DNA of 64,000 nt from contig CAYOWK010000016.1 of assembly GCA_964407665.1 (NCBI GenBank), positions 13,288-77,287 on the forward strand. Reading direction: 5' to 3'. The notes below the pieces were generated by a model. The model was not told where the DNA came from. It worked only from the letters and a program-made list of their open reading frames with translations, and ran no database searches. Shown in pieces: positions 54,779-63,690 of this stretch (its first letter is position 1; every line of letters starts with the position of its first letter). The position numbers and the translations under genes are program-made. The stretch comes from an uncultured Rhizobium sp. (GTDB lineage Bacteria > Pseudomonadota > Alphaproteobacteria > Caulobacterales > Hyphomonadaceae).

Positions 54779-55339
54779 ATGAGTGCAGAGCCCAAGACGG
54801 CGCAGCTGCTGATGGAATGGCAGGGCGGGGCGGTGGACGCCCGCAACGCCCTGATCGCGCGCCTGCATCCGGAACTGTCGGTTATCGCTGCGGCGCGCCT
54901 GCGCAAGGACCGCAACTCGTCCCTGTCCACCGGCGATCTCATCAACGAGGCTGTCCTGCGCATCGCCACCGCCGAGGGACTGTCGGTGTCGGACCGCGCC
55001 CACATGCTGGCGCTTGCCTCCCGGGTCATGCGCAACATCCTGGTCGATCACGCCCGCTCCAAATCGTCCAACAAGCGCAAGCACCAGAAGGTCGAACTCT
55101 GCACCCGCATCGAAGGCGAACAACGGTTTGATCTGATCGGGCTCGATTCCGCGCTTGTCAGATTGAAGGTCGTCGACAGCGACCTCGCGGAGCTTGTCGA
55201 GATGCGGTATTTTGGCGGCATGACCATCACTGACGTTGCGGAAGTGACGGGCTGGTCCGAACCTACGGTCAAGCGCCGCTGGATGGTGGCCCGGGCCTGG
55301 CTGCTGGACTGCCTTGAAAATCAGGTGACCGATGACTGA
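54779..55339 (+). CDS. ECF-family RNA polymerase sigma factor (TIGR02999-like, kinase-associated ECF group)
   Basis: 186 aa. N-terminal TAQLLMEWQGGAVDARNALIARLHPEL motif typical of the ECF clade that pairs with Ser/Thr kinases. Sigma region 2 and 4 sequences present. Stop overlaps kinase ATG (ATGACTGA). Confidence 0.75.
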   Translation: MSAEPKTAQLLMEWQGGAVDARNALIARLHPELSVIAAARLRKDRNSSLSTGDLINEAVLRIATAEGLSVSDRAHMLALASRVMRNILVDHARSKSSNKRKHQKVELCTRIEGEQRFDLIGLDSALVRLKVVDSDLAELVEMRYFGGMTITDVAEVTGWSEPTVKRRWMVARAWLLDCLENQVTDD

Positions 55340-57725
55340 GGTTTCCCTCGACCGGGAAGCGCTCCGTCTGTTCGAGACCCTGCTGGAAACGGCGCCCGGC
55401 GACATCGAAGGCTGGCTGGCGGAACGGACGGCGGACCGTCCCGATCTTCTCAGCCGCATGCGTACGCTGCTGTCGGCGGACATGCGCGCCACGATGGCGA
55501 CGGGCGGCGCGGTGGAGTCGTTCGAGAGCTTCGATCCGCCCGAGCGCCTGGGCGCCTATCGCATCGGCGCGCCGATAGGACAGGGCGGCATGGGCTCTGT
55601 CTTTCATGCCGAGCGCGACAAGGGCGACTTTGCCCACAACGCAGCCGTCAAGATCATCAAGCCGGGTCTCCTGTCCGAGCGGCTGGTCGAGCGGTTCCGG
55701 CGCGAGCGGCAGATCCTCGCGGGCCTCAAGCATCCCAACATCGCCCAGCTCTACGATGGCGGCGAGACCGAGGAGGGCTCGCCCTACATCATCATGGAGT
55801 ATGTCGGCGGCCTGCCGATCCTCCAGTGGGCCGAGGCGCACGATGCCTCGCGCGAGGAACGCGTCGAGAAGTTCCGCCAGATCTGCACGGCGGTGGCGTT
55901 CGCCCACCGCAATCTCGTGGTGCACCGCGACATCACGCCGTCCAACGTCCTCGTCACGCCTGACGGCGTTGTGAAGCTGATCGATTTTGGCATCTCGCGG
56001 CCCGTGGATGAAGCCATCGCGGCCAGTCGCCCGGCCGGTCAGGCCTCGCTGCAGAGCCTCAGCCTGACGCCGGGCTACGCAGCGCCCGAGCGCCTCATCG
56101 GGGCCGACGTGTCGACGTCCGCCGACATCTATTCGCTGGGCAAGCTGCTGGAGAAGCTGCTCGCCAGCGAGGAGGTCAACCCCGAATTCGCGGCCATCGT
56201 CGCGCGGGCGTCCGCAGCTGTTCCGGCGGACCGCTATCCGACGGTCGAGGAGCTCTCGGCGGACCTCGACGCCTACCTTCAGAACCGTCCGGTAGCAGCC
56301 ATGCCCGGCGGCGGCGCCTATCGCTTCCGCAAGTTCATCCGCCGGCATCGCTTCGCCAGCATCGCCGTGGTGTCGGCGACCGCCATTCTTCTGAGCGCCT
56401 TTGGCGCAACCGCCGTCTCATACGTGAACGCCGAGAACGCCCGGGCGGCCGAGGCGCAAAGGTTCGGCGAGGTGCGCCAGCTGGCCAACTACCTGCTGTT
56501 CGACCTGAACGAGCAGCTTCGCCGCACGCCTGGCAACACGGCGGCCCGCGCCGACCTCGCGCAGAAGGCGCAGGGCTATCTGGAGGCGCTGGAAAAATCG
56601 CCGCTGGCCGACCGCGCCGTCAGGCTGGAGACGGCTACCGGCTTTCTGAGACTGGCGGAGATCCAGGGATCGCCCCTGGAGCGAAATCTGGGCGAGCGCG
56701 AAGCCGCCCGCGCCAACTTCGACAAGGCGCGGGCTCTGTTCGCAGCCCTGCGCATGGATTATGGCGACGCGACCGATATTCTGCTGCCGGAGTCCCGGCT
56801 CGAGACGAACGCGGGAATGGCCGCTCTCTATGGCGACGCGGACGCCGACAGTGCCCGCAAGCTGCTGGACCGGGCGCTGGCGCTGATCGAGCAGGTCCCC
56901 GAGACGGATCGCGGGCCAGAGTGGCATGTCGCGCGCGCCAATGTCGCCGAGTCCGATCTGGAATACATGGCCAGCAACGAACAGCCCGACGAACTCAAGG
57001 CGGCGGCGGAGGCCCAGATCGCCCGCATCCAGGCATGGCCCGAGGCCGCAAAGGCGGGGACGGATGACGAATTCCTGATCGCCACAGCGCGCTATAACCT
57101 AGGCGCGGCGTTCCAGCTGACGAGGGACGACGCCTCTGCCTTACCGCATTTCGCGGCTTCGCACGATGCTCTCGTTGCGCTTGAGGCCGCATCCCCGGGC
57201 GATGCCAACCTGCTGTACTGGATCGGGTGGGCGGGCGCCGAAGCCTACGCCGCAGGGGTCCGGCAGGATGACGCCTCCAAGTTCGAGCGCTTTCTGACGT
57301 CCTCCTCCGAGGCCTCCAGACGTTTGGCGGCCATCGAGGACAAGGACGAGTCGGCTTACGCGCTGAACATGATGTCGGGCGAGCTTTACGCCCAGCACCT
57401 CTCGAACGTTGGGCGCTATGAGGAGGCGATTGCCGAGCAGCGCCGCATCATCGACGAGCGCAAGCGCCGGATCGGCGGCGTGACCAACGAGCGTATCGGG
57501 ACCGATCTCGCCTTCAGCCAGATGATCCTTGGAACCATTGCCCGGAAGGCGGGAGACCGGGCGCTGACCTGCGAGATGTACACCAGCGCCGACGCGATCT
57601 TCACGCCCATCGACAAGGCCGGCAACCTTATTGCCTTCCAGGCTGCCTTCCTGCCGGGCATTCGCGCCAACGTGGACCGGTGCCGCAACGGCGAGCCCCT
57701 CTCGGCTTTCCAGCCCGTACGTTAA
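55332..57725 (+). CDS. serine/threonine protein kinase with TM segment and C-terminal TPR-like repeat domain
   Basis: Kinase subdomains GAPIGQGGMGSVFHA, AVKIIK, HRDITPSNVLV, DFGIS and APE. TM FASIAVVSATAILLSAF. Long helical repeat C-terminal region. Confidence 0.85.
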   Translation: MTEVSLDREALRLFETLLETAPGDIEGWLAERTADRPDLLSRMRTLLSADMRATMATGGAVESFESFDPPERLGAYRIGAPIGQGGMGSVFHAERDKGDFAHNAAVKIIKPGLLSERLVERFRRERQILAGLKHPNIAQLYDGGETEEGSPYIIMEYVGGLPILQWAEAHDASREERVEKFRQICTAVAFAHRNLVVHRDITPSNVLVTPDGVVKLIDFGISRPVDEAIAASRPAGQASLQSLSLTPGYAAPERLIGADVSTSADIYSLGKLLEKLLASEEVNPEFAAIVARASAAVPADRYPTVEELSADLDAYLQNRPVAAMPGGGAYRFRKFIRRHRFASIAVVSATAILLSAFGATAVSYVNAENARAAEAQRFGEVRQLANYLLFDLNEQLRRTPGNTAARADLAQKAQGYLEALEKSPLADRAVRLETATGFLRLAEIQGSPLERNLGEREAARANFDKARALFAALRMDYGDATDILLPESRLETNAGMAALYGDADADSARKLLDRALALIEQVPETDRGPEWHVARANVAESDLEYMASNEQPDELKAAAEAQIARIQAWPEAAKAGTDDEFLIATARYNLGAAFQLTRDDASALPHFAASHDALVALEAASPGDANLLYWIGWAGAEAYAAGVRQDDASKFERFLTSSSEASRRLAAIEDKDESAYALNMMSGELYAQHLSNVGRYEEAIAEQRRIIDERKRRIGGVTNERIGTDLAFSQMILGTIARKAGDRALTCEMYTSADAIFTPIDKAGNLIAFQAAFLPGIRANVDRCRNGEPLSAFQPVR

Positions 57726-57812
57726 TCGCAGACGTCTGCCCGCGCCTCGCCGCTCCGGACCTTTGCGCCGGCGGCGCAGGCGCGTGCCCCGGACGCGGTC
57801 CAGGCATCCCCC

Positions 57813-57842
57813 AAAAAAAATCGGCGGGTTCAGGTTCCCGCG
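57813..57842 (-). terminator. minus-strand intrinsic terminator (hairpin CGCGGGAACCTGAACCCGCCG + U8)
   Basis: Plus strand reads A8-TCGGCGGGTTCAGGTTCCCGCG. On the minus strand this is a GC hairpin followed by eight U. No minus-strand gene lies upstream of it. Confidence 0.45.
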
Positions 57843-57905
57843 TGATCCGGTTTCCCCGGCTTCTCCGCCTTAATCAGTAGAAGGTCCTGAAGGGGATGAA
57901 GCGAC

Positions 57906-58454
57906 ATGAACGACCCGATCCAGATTCCGGCGGAATACCTGCCCATCATCGACGCCATCTACACCGGCACGATTGTCTTCACAGCGGTCTGGCTGCTGCT
58001 GGTCCTGCTGATCATCCTGCGCCGCCGCGCCTCGAACCTCACGCCGATCCATGCCGCCAAGGTCAACCGCAACGCGACGCCTGACTTCCTGTCGGTCGAC
58101 CACAAGAAGCAGAAGCAGATGCTGAAGGACGGCGCGACCTACGACGCCGAACTCGACCGCCGCGACGCGAACCAGGAGAAGGCGGATCGCGAAACGCGCC
58201 GCGGGCCCGAGACGGCCATGTCCCGCATCGCCCGCCTGATTGCGCTGCTGATGTCGATCTTCACGCTCGCCACGATGATCGGCTCGGTCATCTTCAACGT
58301 GAACTACATCGGCGGGATGCTGCAGACCTACTCGGCTGGCGACCGCTTCATGTCGGTCATCACCAACCATCCGATCGCCACGTCCGTCGCCGTGATCGTC
58401 ATCGGCTACCACATCTACAGCTACATCGCCGGCAAGAAGTGGCGCCCGGCCTGA
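57906..58454 (+). CDS. 3-TM membrane protein, hypothetical (first gene of kinase/FHA/SPFH operon)
   Basis: 182 aa. TM1 IVFTAVWLLLVLLIIL. Charged middle region. Two C-terminal TMs. Confidence 0.5.
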   Translation: MNDPIQIPAEYLPIIDAIYTGTIVFTAVWLLLVLLIILRRRASNLTPIHAAKVNRNATPDFLSVDHKKQKQMLKDGATYDAELDRRDANQEKADRETRRGPETAMSRIARLIALLMSIFTLATMIGSVIFNVNYIGGMLQTYSAGDRFMSVITNHPIATSVAVIVIGYHIYSYIAGKKWRPA

Positions 58455-58519
58455 TCGCCAGTCTGATCGTCTGAAACCTGATCGCCAGCGCCCGCCAAAC
58501 ATCTCCAGGAACTGATCCC

Positions 58520-60115
58520 ATGGTCACCGAAACAATCACAGTCAGCGATCCCCGGATCCTCGCCGAATTCATCAAGCAGGACCGCTTCAAGGGCATCTTC
58601 GAGAAGCGGATCGGCGTCCCGCCGGACCACATGGCTCTGCTGATGCGCAATGGCGAGTTCGTCGACGCTTACATTGGCGCCCACTTCTCGGCTGGCGGCA
58701 TCATCCACCGGATGCGCGGTATCGTTGGCGGCTCGCACCAGATCAGCCTGCTGATTGCCGATCTCAAGACCTTCCAGCTCAAGATGCCCCTGCGGGCCAC
58801 AAGCGCGGACAATGTCGAGATCGTCGGAACGGCGTCCATCGACCTCCAGATCAATCCGGAGAAGCCGCAAAACATCATCGGCATCATGCAGGCGCGGAAG
58901 TTCCTGCTGAAGTCCGACATTCTCGAACGCATCAAGTCGCACATCTCCGACCGCGTCGTTGAAGCCGCCGTTGGCCGCATGAAGGCGGAAGAGCTGCGCG
59001 GCAATATCGGCTTGCAGGACAAGATCCAGGCCGACCTGATCACGGAAGTCGAGCGGGTCGTCGGCGACCTTGGCGTGCTGATCCGCGCCGTGTCGGTCGA
59101 ATGGGCGGTCAACGAGATCGAGCGCGAGGCGATGGACCGCGCTGTCGCCGAGCGGCAGCAGGAGCAGATGGACTACCGGCTCGCCACCATCAAGCGCGAG
59201 CTCGCGAGGACGATGGAATCCGAGACCGTCCAGATCCAGGCCAATGTCGATCTTGCGAAGCTCCAGGGCGCCAGCGAGGCCGAAATCGCGAAGATGGTGC
59301 TCGACAACGAGCTGTCCTTCGTCGACGCCCGCGAAACCGGCCAGCGCGTCCAGGAGCTGAAGGCGCTCCAGCACGAGATCGAGGTTCTGGAGCGCGAACG
59401 CGCTGTTCAGATGAAGAACGCGCTGGAAGACGCCGACCACGTCGTCAACCTGACGGAACGCCAGGCGAAGCTCAGCGCGCTCGAGCGGGACATCAAGAAG
59501 CTCGACGTCGAGCTGAAGATCCAGCTGGAGAGCGCCGAGGCGATGGCGAAGATCGCCATCCAGAAAGCTCAGGACGCCGCCGCCGTTGCGAAGATCGCCG
59601 CGCTTCAGGAGGTCGAGCTGAAAGGCTTCGCCGAGGAGACTGTCATCAAGGACAACTCGGCGAACAACCAGACCCAGCGCGAGATCAATGTCATCAACGC
59701 CAACGCGGCGGTCAAGCAGGGCGAGCTCGGCATTTACGCGGGCATGTCGCCCGAGCAGATCCTCGCCGTGAGCGCTGGTCTCAGCCCGGCTGTCGCGGCG
59801 GTGCTGGCCGAGCAGGCCAAGGCGTCGGGACAGGGCAACGCCCAGACCATGGCGATCATGCAGCAGATGGTCGATCAAGCTAACCGCGCGCACGTCCAGT
59901 CCGAGCAGCAGGCCCGCGCCATGTTCGAGATGGGCATGAAGGGCGCGGTCGGCGTCTCCCACGGCGCTGGCGGCAAGTCCGCAGGCGCCGCGTCCGCCGC
60001 CATGGGCGAGGAGCCCCCGAAGGCTGCCGGGTCCGAGTGCCCGAAATGCCATCACGTGAATGCGCTCGACATCCGCTTCTGCCGCAATTGCGGAACCCAG
60101 CTCCGGACCAACTGA
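58520..60115 (+). CDS. soluble SPFH/band-7 (flotillin-like) domain protein with long coiled coil and C-terminal zinc ribbon
   Basis: N-terminal ~230 aa with the SPFH fold pattern. Coiled coil of ~250 aa. C-terminal CPKCHHVNALDIRFCRNCGTQL (CxxC-x12-CxxC). Confidence 0.65.
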   Translation: MVTETITVSDPRILAEFIKQDRFKGIFEKRIGVPPDHMALLMRNGEFVDAYIGAHFSAGGIIHRMRGIVGGSHQISLLIADLKTFQLKMPLRATSADNVEIVGTASIDLQINPEKPQNIIGIMQARKFLLKSDILERIKSHISDRVVEAAVGRMKAEELRGNIGLQDKIQADLITEVERVVGDLGVLIRAVSVEWAVNEIEREAMDRAVAERQQEQMDYRLATIKRELARTMESETVQIQANVDLAKLQGASEAEIAKMVLDNELSFVDARETGQRVQELKALQHEIEVLERERAVQMKNALEDADHVVNLTERQAKLSALERDIKKLDVELKIQLESAEAMAKIAIQKAQDAAAVAKIAALQEVELKGFAEETVIKDNSANNQTQREINVINANAAVKQGELGIYAGMSPEQILAVSAGLSPAVAAVLAEQAKASGQGNAQTMAIMQQMVDQANRAHVQSEQQARAMFEMGMKGAVGVSHGAGGKSAGAASAAMGEEPPKAAGSECPKCHHVNALDIRFCRNCGTQLRTN

Positions 60116-60116
60116 G

Positions 60117-61265
60117 ATGATGACGGACCCCGTCAACGCCACAACAGTCAGCTCCTGCTGTTTTAAGACGGCGGCTGACGCGTCGGCCTCCTTCTGCGGC
60201 GACTGCGGCAAGCCCGTCCTGCGCTGCATGGCGTGGGCGGAGTGCGGCGGCCTGGTCGGCGACGACGGGCGCTGCACGGTCTGCGTCCGGCCCCAACTCT
60301 TTCTCGACAAGGGCGCCGTGCGGGAGGTGAAGGTCGGCGGACGCATGGTCCTGCCGCTCCTGTTCCGGAACGATGCAGCTGTGGGCCGTCCGCTGTTCGT
60401 AACCCGCGTATGGGTGAAGGAGGGCAATGGCGAGCGTGTCCAGCAGGAGCTGGCCTGGGAGCGTCTGGATGGCGGCATGGCGCTGCCGTGGTCGCTGCAG
60501 ACCAGCCCGCTCGATGTGGCAGGCCGGGTTCGCATCGAGATCAGCTTTGCAGTGGCCACGCGCTATCGCTGGAGGCAGGAGACGTTCCTCTTTGTCGCCG
60601 AACTCGACATGGAGGCCGAAGGCGGCGGCGAGCTGGTCATCAACCAGACAATCCACGCCTCGGACGCCGCCACCGCCTACGCGCCGATCCGCATCGATCC
60701 GTCGCGAATGGCCAAGGCTGCTGCAGCGATCCAGCCAGCGCAACTCGCCCTGGTGCGCGGTGAGAGGCTTGAACGGGCCGAGGCGATCCGCGGATATCCT
60801 GACGACGGCGCCATCCAGCGCGGCGCCCGGCTGCACTGGAAGGGCTTTGCCTCCAGCGAAGCCCCGATGGACGGGCCGATTACTGCGCCAGACAGCCTTC
60901 TGGGCTTTGGACGCGCACTGACCCGCCGCAGCGGCGGCGAGGGCGATGTCCGCCTGCTCGTGCGCGACGCGGACGGCGTCATCGACGACGGCCTGTCCGC
61001 CGCCATCTCACGCCGTCACCTCGATCTCTTCATCCAGGATGGCCGCCTCTATGTTCACGCCGCCGGCGGTACGGGCCTCCTCCTGAACGACCGCTCCCTT
61101 GGGCGCGGGTCGATCGCACCAATCCAGGACGGCGACACCCTCAGCGTCCTGCCGATGGCGAAGTCCGCCATCTCCCTCACGTTCAGCTTCAAGGCGCACC
61201 ACCGGATCGTGGAAGACATCACGATCCAGCGCGCACCGGCATTCAGGGAAGCCACACGCAGATGA
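60117..61265 (+). CDS. N-terminal double zinc-ribbon + C-terminal FHA-domain protein
   Basis: The ATG lies 1 bp after the previous stop. CCFKTAADASASFCGDCGKP...CTVCVRP Cys clusters. FHA sequence GRALTRRSGGEGDVRLLV...ISRRHLDLFIQDGRLYVHAAGGTGLLLNDRSL...DGDTLSV. Confidence 0.65.
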   Translation: MMTDPVNATTVSSCCFKTAADASASFCGDCGKPVLRCMAWAECGGLVGDDGRCTVCVRPQLFLDKGAVREVKVGGRMVLPLLFRNDAAVGRPLFVTRVWVKEGNGERVQQELAWERLDGGMALPWSLQTSPLDVAGRVRIEISFAVATRYRWRQETFLFVAELDMEAEGGGELVINQTIHASDAATAYAPIRIDPSRMAKAAAAIQPAQLALVRGERLERAEAIRGYPDDGAIQRGARLHWKGFASSEAPMDGPITAPDSLLGFGRALTRRSGGEGDVRLLVRDADGVIDDGLSAAISRRHLDLFIQDGRLYVHAAGGTGLLLNDRSLGRGSIAPIQDGDTLSVLPMAKSAISLTFSFKAHHRIVEDITIQRAPAFREATRR

Positions 61266-62782
61266 AGTGCCCATTCTGTCAGGCCGCAAACCCCGCCGAC
61301 GCCATCTACTGTGGCGAGTGCGGCAAGCGGATCGTTGAGAAACTGGCCTTCCAGGAAACGGACGCCAGCGCCTTCGCCAATGAATCGACTCGCCGCCCGT
61401 CCGATGGCAACCGTCACATACTGGCGCCGGGCGAGGTGTTCGCAGGCCGCTACACCATCGCCGCCGTCATTGGCGAGGGCGGCATGGGCACCGTCTACCG
61501 GGCCGACGACCGCGTCACCGGACAGAGCGTGGCGCTAAAGCTCGTTCGCGCCGACCGCCTCGCAGGCACAGGCGCTGTCCAGCGCATGATCCAGGAAGGC
61601 ATCACCTCCCGCGACATCCGCCATCCGAACGTCGTCGCCGTCTACGACGTGGGCGAGGCCAGCGGCCAGCCCTACCTCTCGATGGAGCATCTCAACGGCC
61701 TCTCGCTGCGGTCGTGGACCCGCCAGCAGATGGCCGCCGGAACCGACTGCTCGATGAAGGCGGCATCCCGCATCGTTCTCGAAATCCTTGCAGGCCTCGA
61801 AGCCGCGCATGCAGCAGGTGTCGTCCATCGCGACCTCAAGCCCGAAAACGTCATGCTGCTGTCGCAGCCGACGGACGACGCCGTGAAACTGAAGTTGCTG
61901 GATTTCGGGATCGCCCGCGCCGGCGGCGCCACCGACACTGGCATGACCTCGACCGGCACCGCCCGCTACATGGCGCCGGAGCAGGCGACGGCCCCGGACG
62001 CCGTGCAGCCCTCCGCCGATCTCTATTCGCTGTCGGTCATGTTCTACGAGCTGCTTGTAGGCGTGGTCCCGCAAGGCCACTGGCAGCCGCCGAGCGGCGG
62101 CCGGTCCGATGTGCCCCAGGGCATCGACGACCTCATCCAGCGCGGCCTCTCGAATGCGCCCCGGTCGCGCCCGCAGTCCGCCGCCGAGTACCGCGGCCTG
62201 CTGGAAACCGTGCTCAAGGGCGGGAAGGCTCCCAAGCCAGAACCCAAGCCAGAACCCAAGCCCGATCCGAAGCCGGTTCCGAATCCGTTCGCCAACATCT
62301 GGCCGCCAAAAGGGAAACAGTGGATCTGGTGGGGCGCCGCCGCCGCGGTTGCGGTCGCCGCCTTCGCGATGAGCGAGATGGACATCGATCCCGGCACGGG
62401 CCCCACTCCCGAGCCTGACTGGGTGCAGCGCGAAGACCCGGTCGGGCCCGTCATCGGCCCCACGCCGCCTCCGGCCCAGCCTTCGTTCACACAGCTGAGT
62501 GGCCGCTGGTATGACGATTTCGGCAATGCCTGGAGCGTCCAGGTCAATGGCAATGGCGGATTTTCAGGGCGCGCCACCAGCGGGGACCTGCGCGGGTGGA
62601 TCATGGAGGGCGGCTTCTCCAACGGCTACGCCCAGCTGACCATCGGCCAACCTGGCAACCCGGTGGCGAGCGTCTCAGGCACGTTCGACCAGTGCCACAT
62701 CTACTACAGCGCGCCGGACGCGATGGGCAACGTTGGTCCTCGCGAGATCCACTTCAACCACGGGGCCAATACCTCATGCTGA
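61262..62782 (+). CDS. serine/threonine protein kinase with N-terminal zinc ribbon, TM segment and C-terminal periplasmic novel repeat domain
   Basis: ATGA overlap with FHA gene. MKCPFCQAANPADAIYCGECGKRI zinc ribbon. Kinase motifs GEGGMGTVYRA, ALKLV, HRDLKPENVML, DFGIA and APE. PEPKPEPKP linker. TM WIWWGAAAAVAVAAFAM. C-terminal ~95-aa repeat unit. Confidence 0.8.
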   Translation: MKCPFCQAANPADAIYCGECGKRIVEKLAFQETDASAFANESTRRPSDGNRHILAPGEVFAGRYTIAAVIGEGGMGTVYRADDRVTGQSVALKLVRADRLAGTGAVQRMIQEGITSRDIRHPNVVAVYDVGEASGQPYLSMEHLNGLSLRSWTRQQMAAGTDCSMKAASRIVLEILAGLEAAHAAGVVHRDLKPENVMLLSQPTDDAVKLKLLDFGIARAGGATDTGMTSTGTARYMAPEQATAPDAVQPSADLYSLSVMFYELLVGVVPQGHWQPPSGGRSDVPQGIDDLIQRGLSNAPRSRPQSAAEYRGLLETVLKGGKAPKPEPKPEPKPDPKPVPNPFANIWPPKGKQWIWWGAAAAVAVAAFAMSEMDIDPGTGPTPEPDWVQREDPVGPVIGPTPPPAQPSFTQLSGRWYDDFGNAWSVQVNGNGGFSGRATSGDLRGWIMEGGFSNGYAQLTIGQPGNPVASVSGTFDQCHIYYSAPDAMGNVGPREIHFNHGANTSC

Positions 62783-63657
62783 TCTCTCGCACCCTGATCG
62801 CTGGACTGGCTGCGACTCTTCTGGCGGGCGTTTCCGCCTGCAAGGCGCCCATTCCGGGACGCACTGCGGAAGAGCAGGCGGCAAAATGGTCCTCCGCAGA
62901 GTGGCGGGACGACATCGGCAATATCTGGCAGGCCACTGTCGAGGGCGGCAAGGTGACGGCCAGAGGCGTCGCCGGCGCCTCGCAGGGCCTGACGCTCAGC
63001 GGCGCATTCACGGCAGAGGGCTTGCCCTACACGATCGCGCTGCCGGATGGCTCGGTGATCGCAGAAGGCGAGGCGAAGCTCGTCGACGAGAGTCATGCCC
63101 TCTTTGCAACCCGCCTGATCAATGGCGAGACCAACGCCCACGGGCTGCTGCACTTCAATCACGCAGCCACGATCTCCACGATGCTGGAAGCGGCTGGCGG
63201 CCAACCCATGCCGCAGGTCTCGGACCTCTCGGGCGCGTGGATGGACGATGGCGGCAATGTCTGGGCGGTCTCCATCGACCGTGACGGCAAGCTTCTCGGC
63301 GTCGGCGCGAGCGGCGCTGTGATCGGCGGCAAGTTCGAGGGCTCGCTGGCAGGGGGCAAGCTGACCTACGTCGCAACCGGGCCGGACGGATCGTCGATGG
63401 CCGGCGGCGGCGAGTGGGACGGCGGATGCCATGTCTCCTGGCGCACCCTCGCTGAAACGCCCCTGCTCGAAAACGGCGGCGCTCTGCACATCAACCACGC
63501 ACCTGGCCAGAACTGCGACGGTACATGGCAAGGTTCCGCCGAAACGCCGCTCGACGGCGCCGTCAACGCCGATTTGTCGGGCCCGCGTGATCCGGTTTCC
63601 GGAGAAACGACGCCATTAGCTGATGAGAGGGGTCCTGTGGACCTCACGCCGAAATAG
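62776..63657 (+). CDS. lipoprotein composed of two copies of the kinase-tail repeat domain
   Basis: The ATG overlaps the kinase stop. Lipobox LLAGVSAC. Two ~100-aa units, each with W-x-DD-x-GN-x-W ... H-(F/I)-N-H. Confidence 0.6.
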   Translation: MLISRTLIAGLAATLLAGVSACKAPIPGRTAEEQAAKWSSAEWRDDIGNIWQATVEGGKVTARGVAGASQGLTLSGAFTAEGLPYTIALPDGSVIAEGEAKLVDESHALFATRLINGETNAHGLLHFNHAATISTMLEAAGGQPMPQVSDLSGAWMDDGGNVWAVSIDRDGKLLGVGASGAVIGGKFEGSLAGGKLTYVATGPDGSSMAGGGEWDGGCHVSWRTLAETPLLENGGALHINHAPGQNCDGTWQGSAETPLDGAVNADLSGPRDPVSGETTPLADERGPVDLTPK

Positions 63658-63690
63658 GTCCCGGTTGGGGGCCTGGGGAGTCCGAACGTC

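Noticed and set aside
62180-62300. PEPKPEPKPDPKP repeat in the second kinase, a possible tandem DNA repeat
   Set aside because: Short low-complexity Pro-Glu-Lys linker within a CDS. Not a CRISPR or satellite array (unit 6 aa, imperfect, no spacers).
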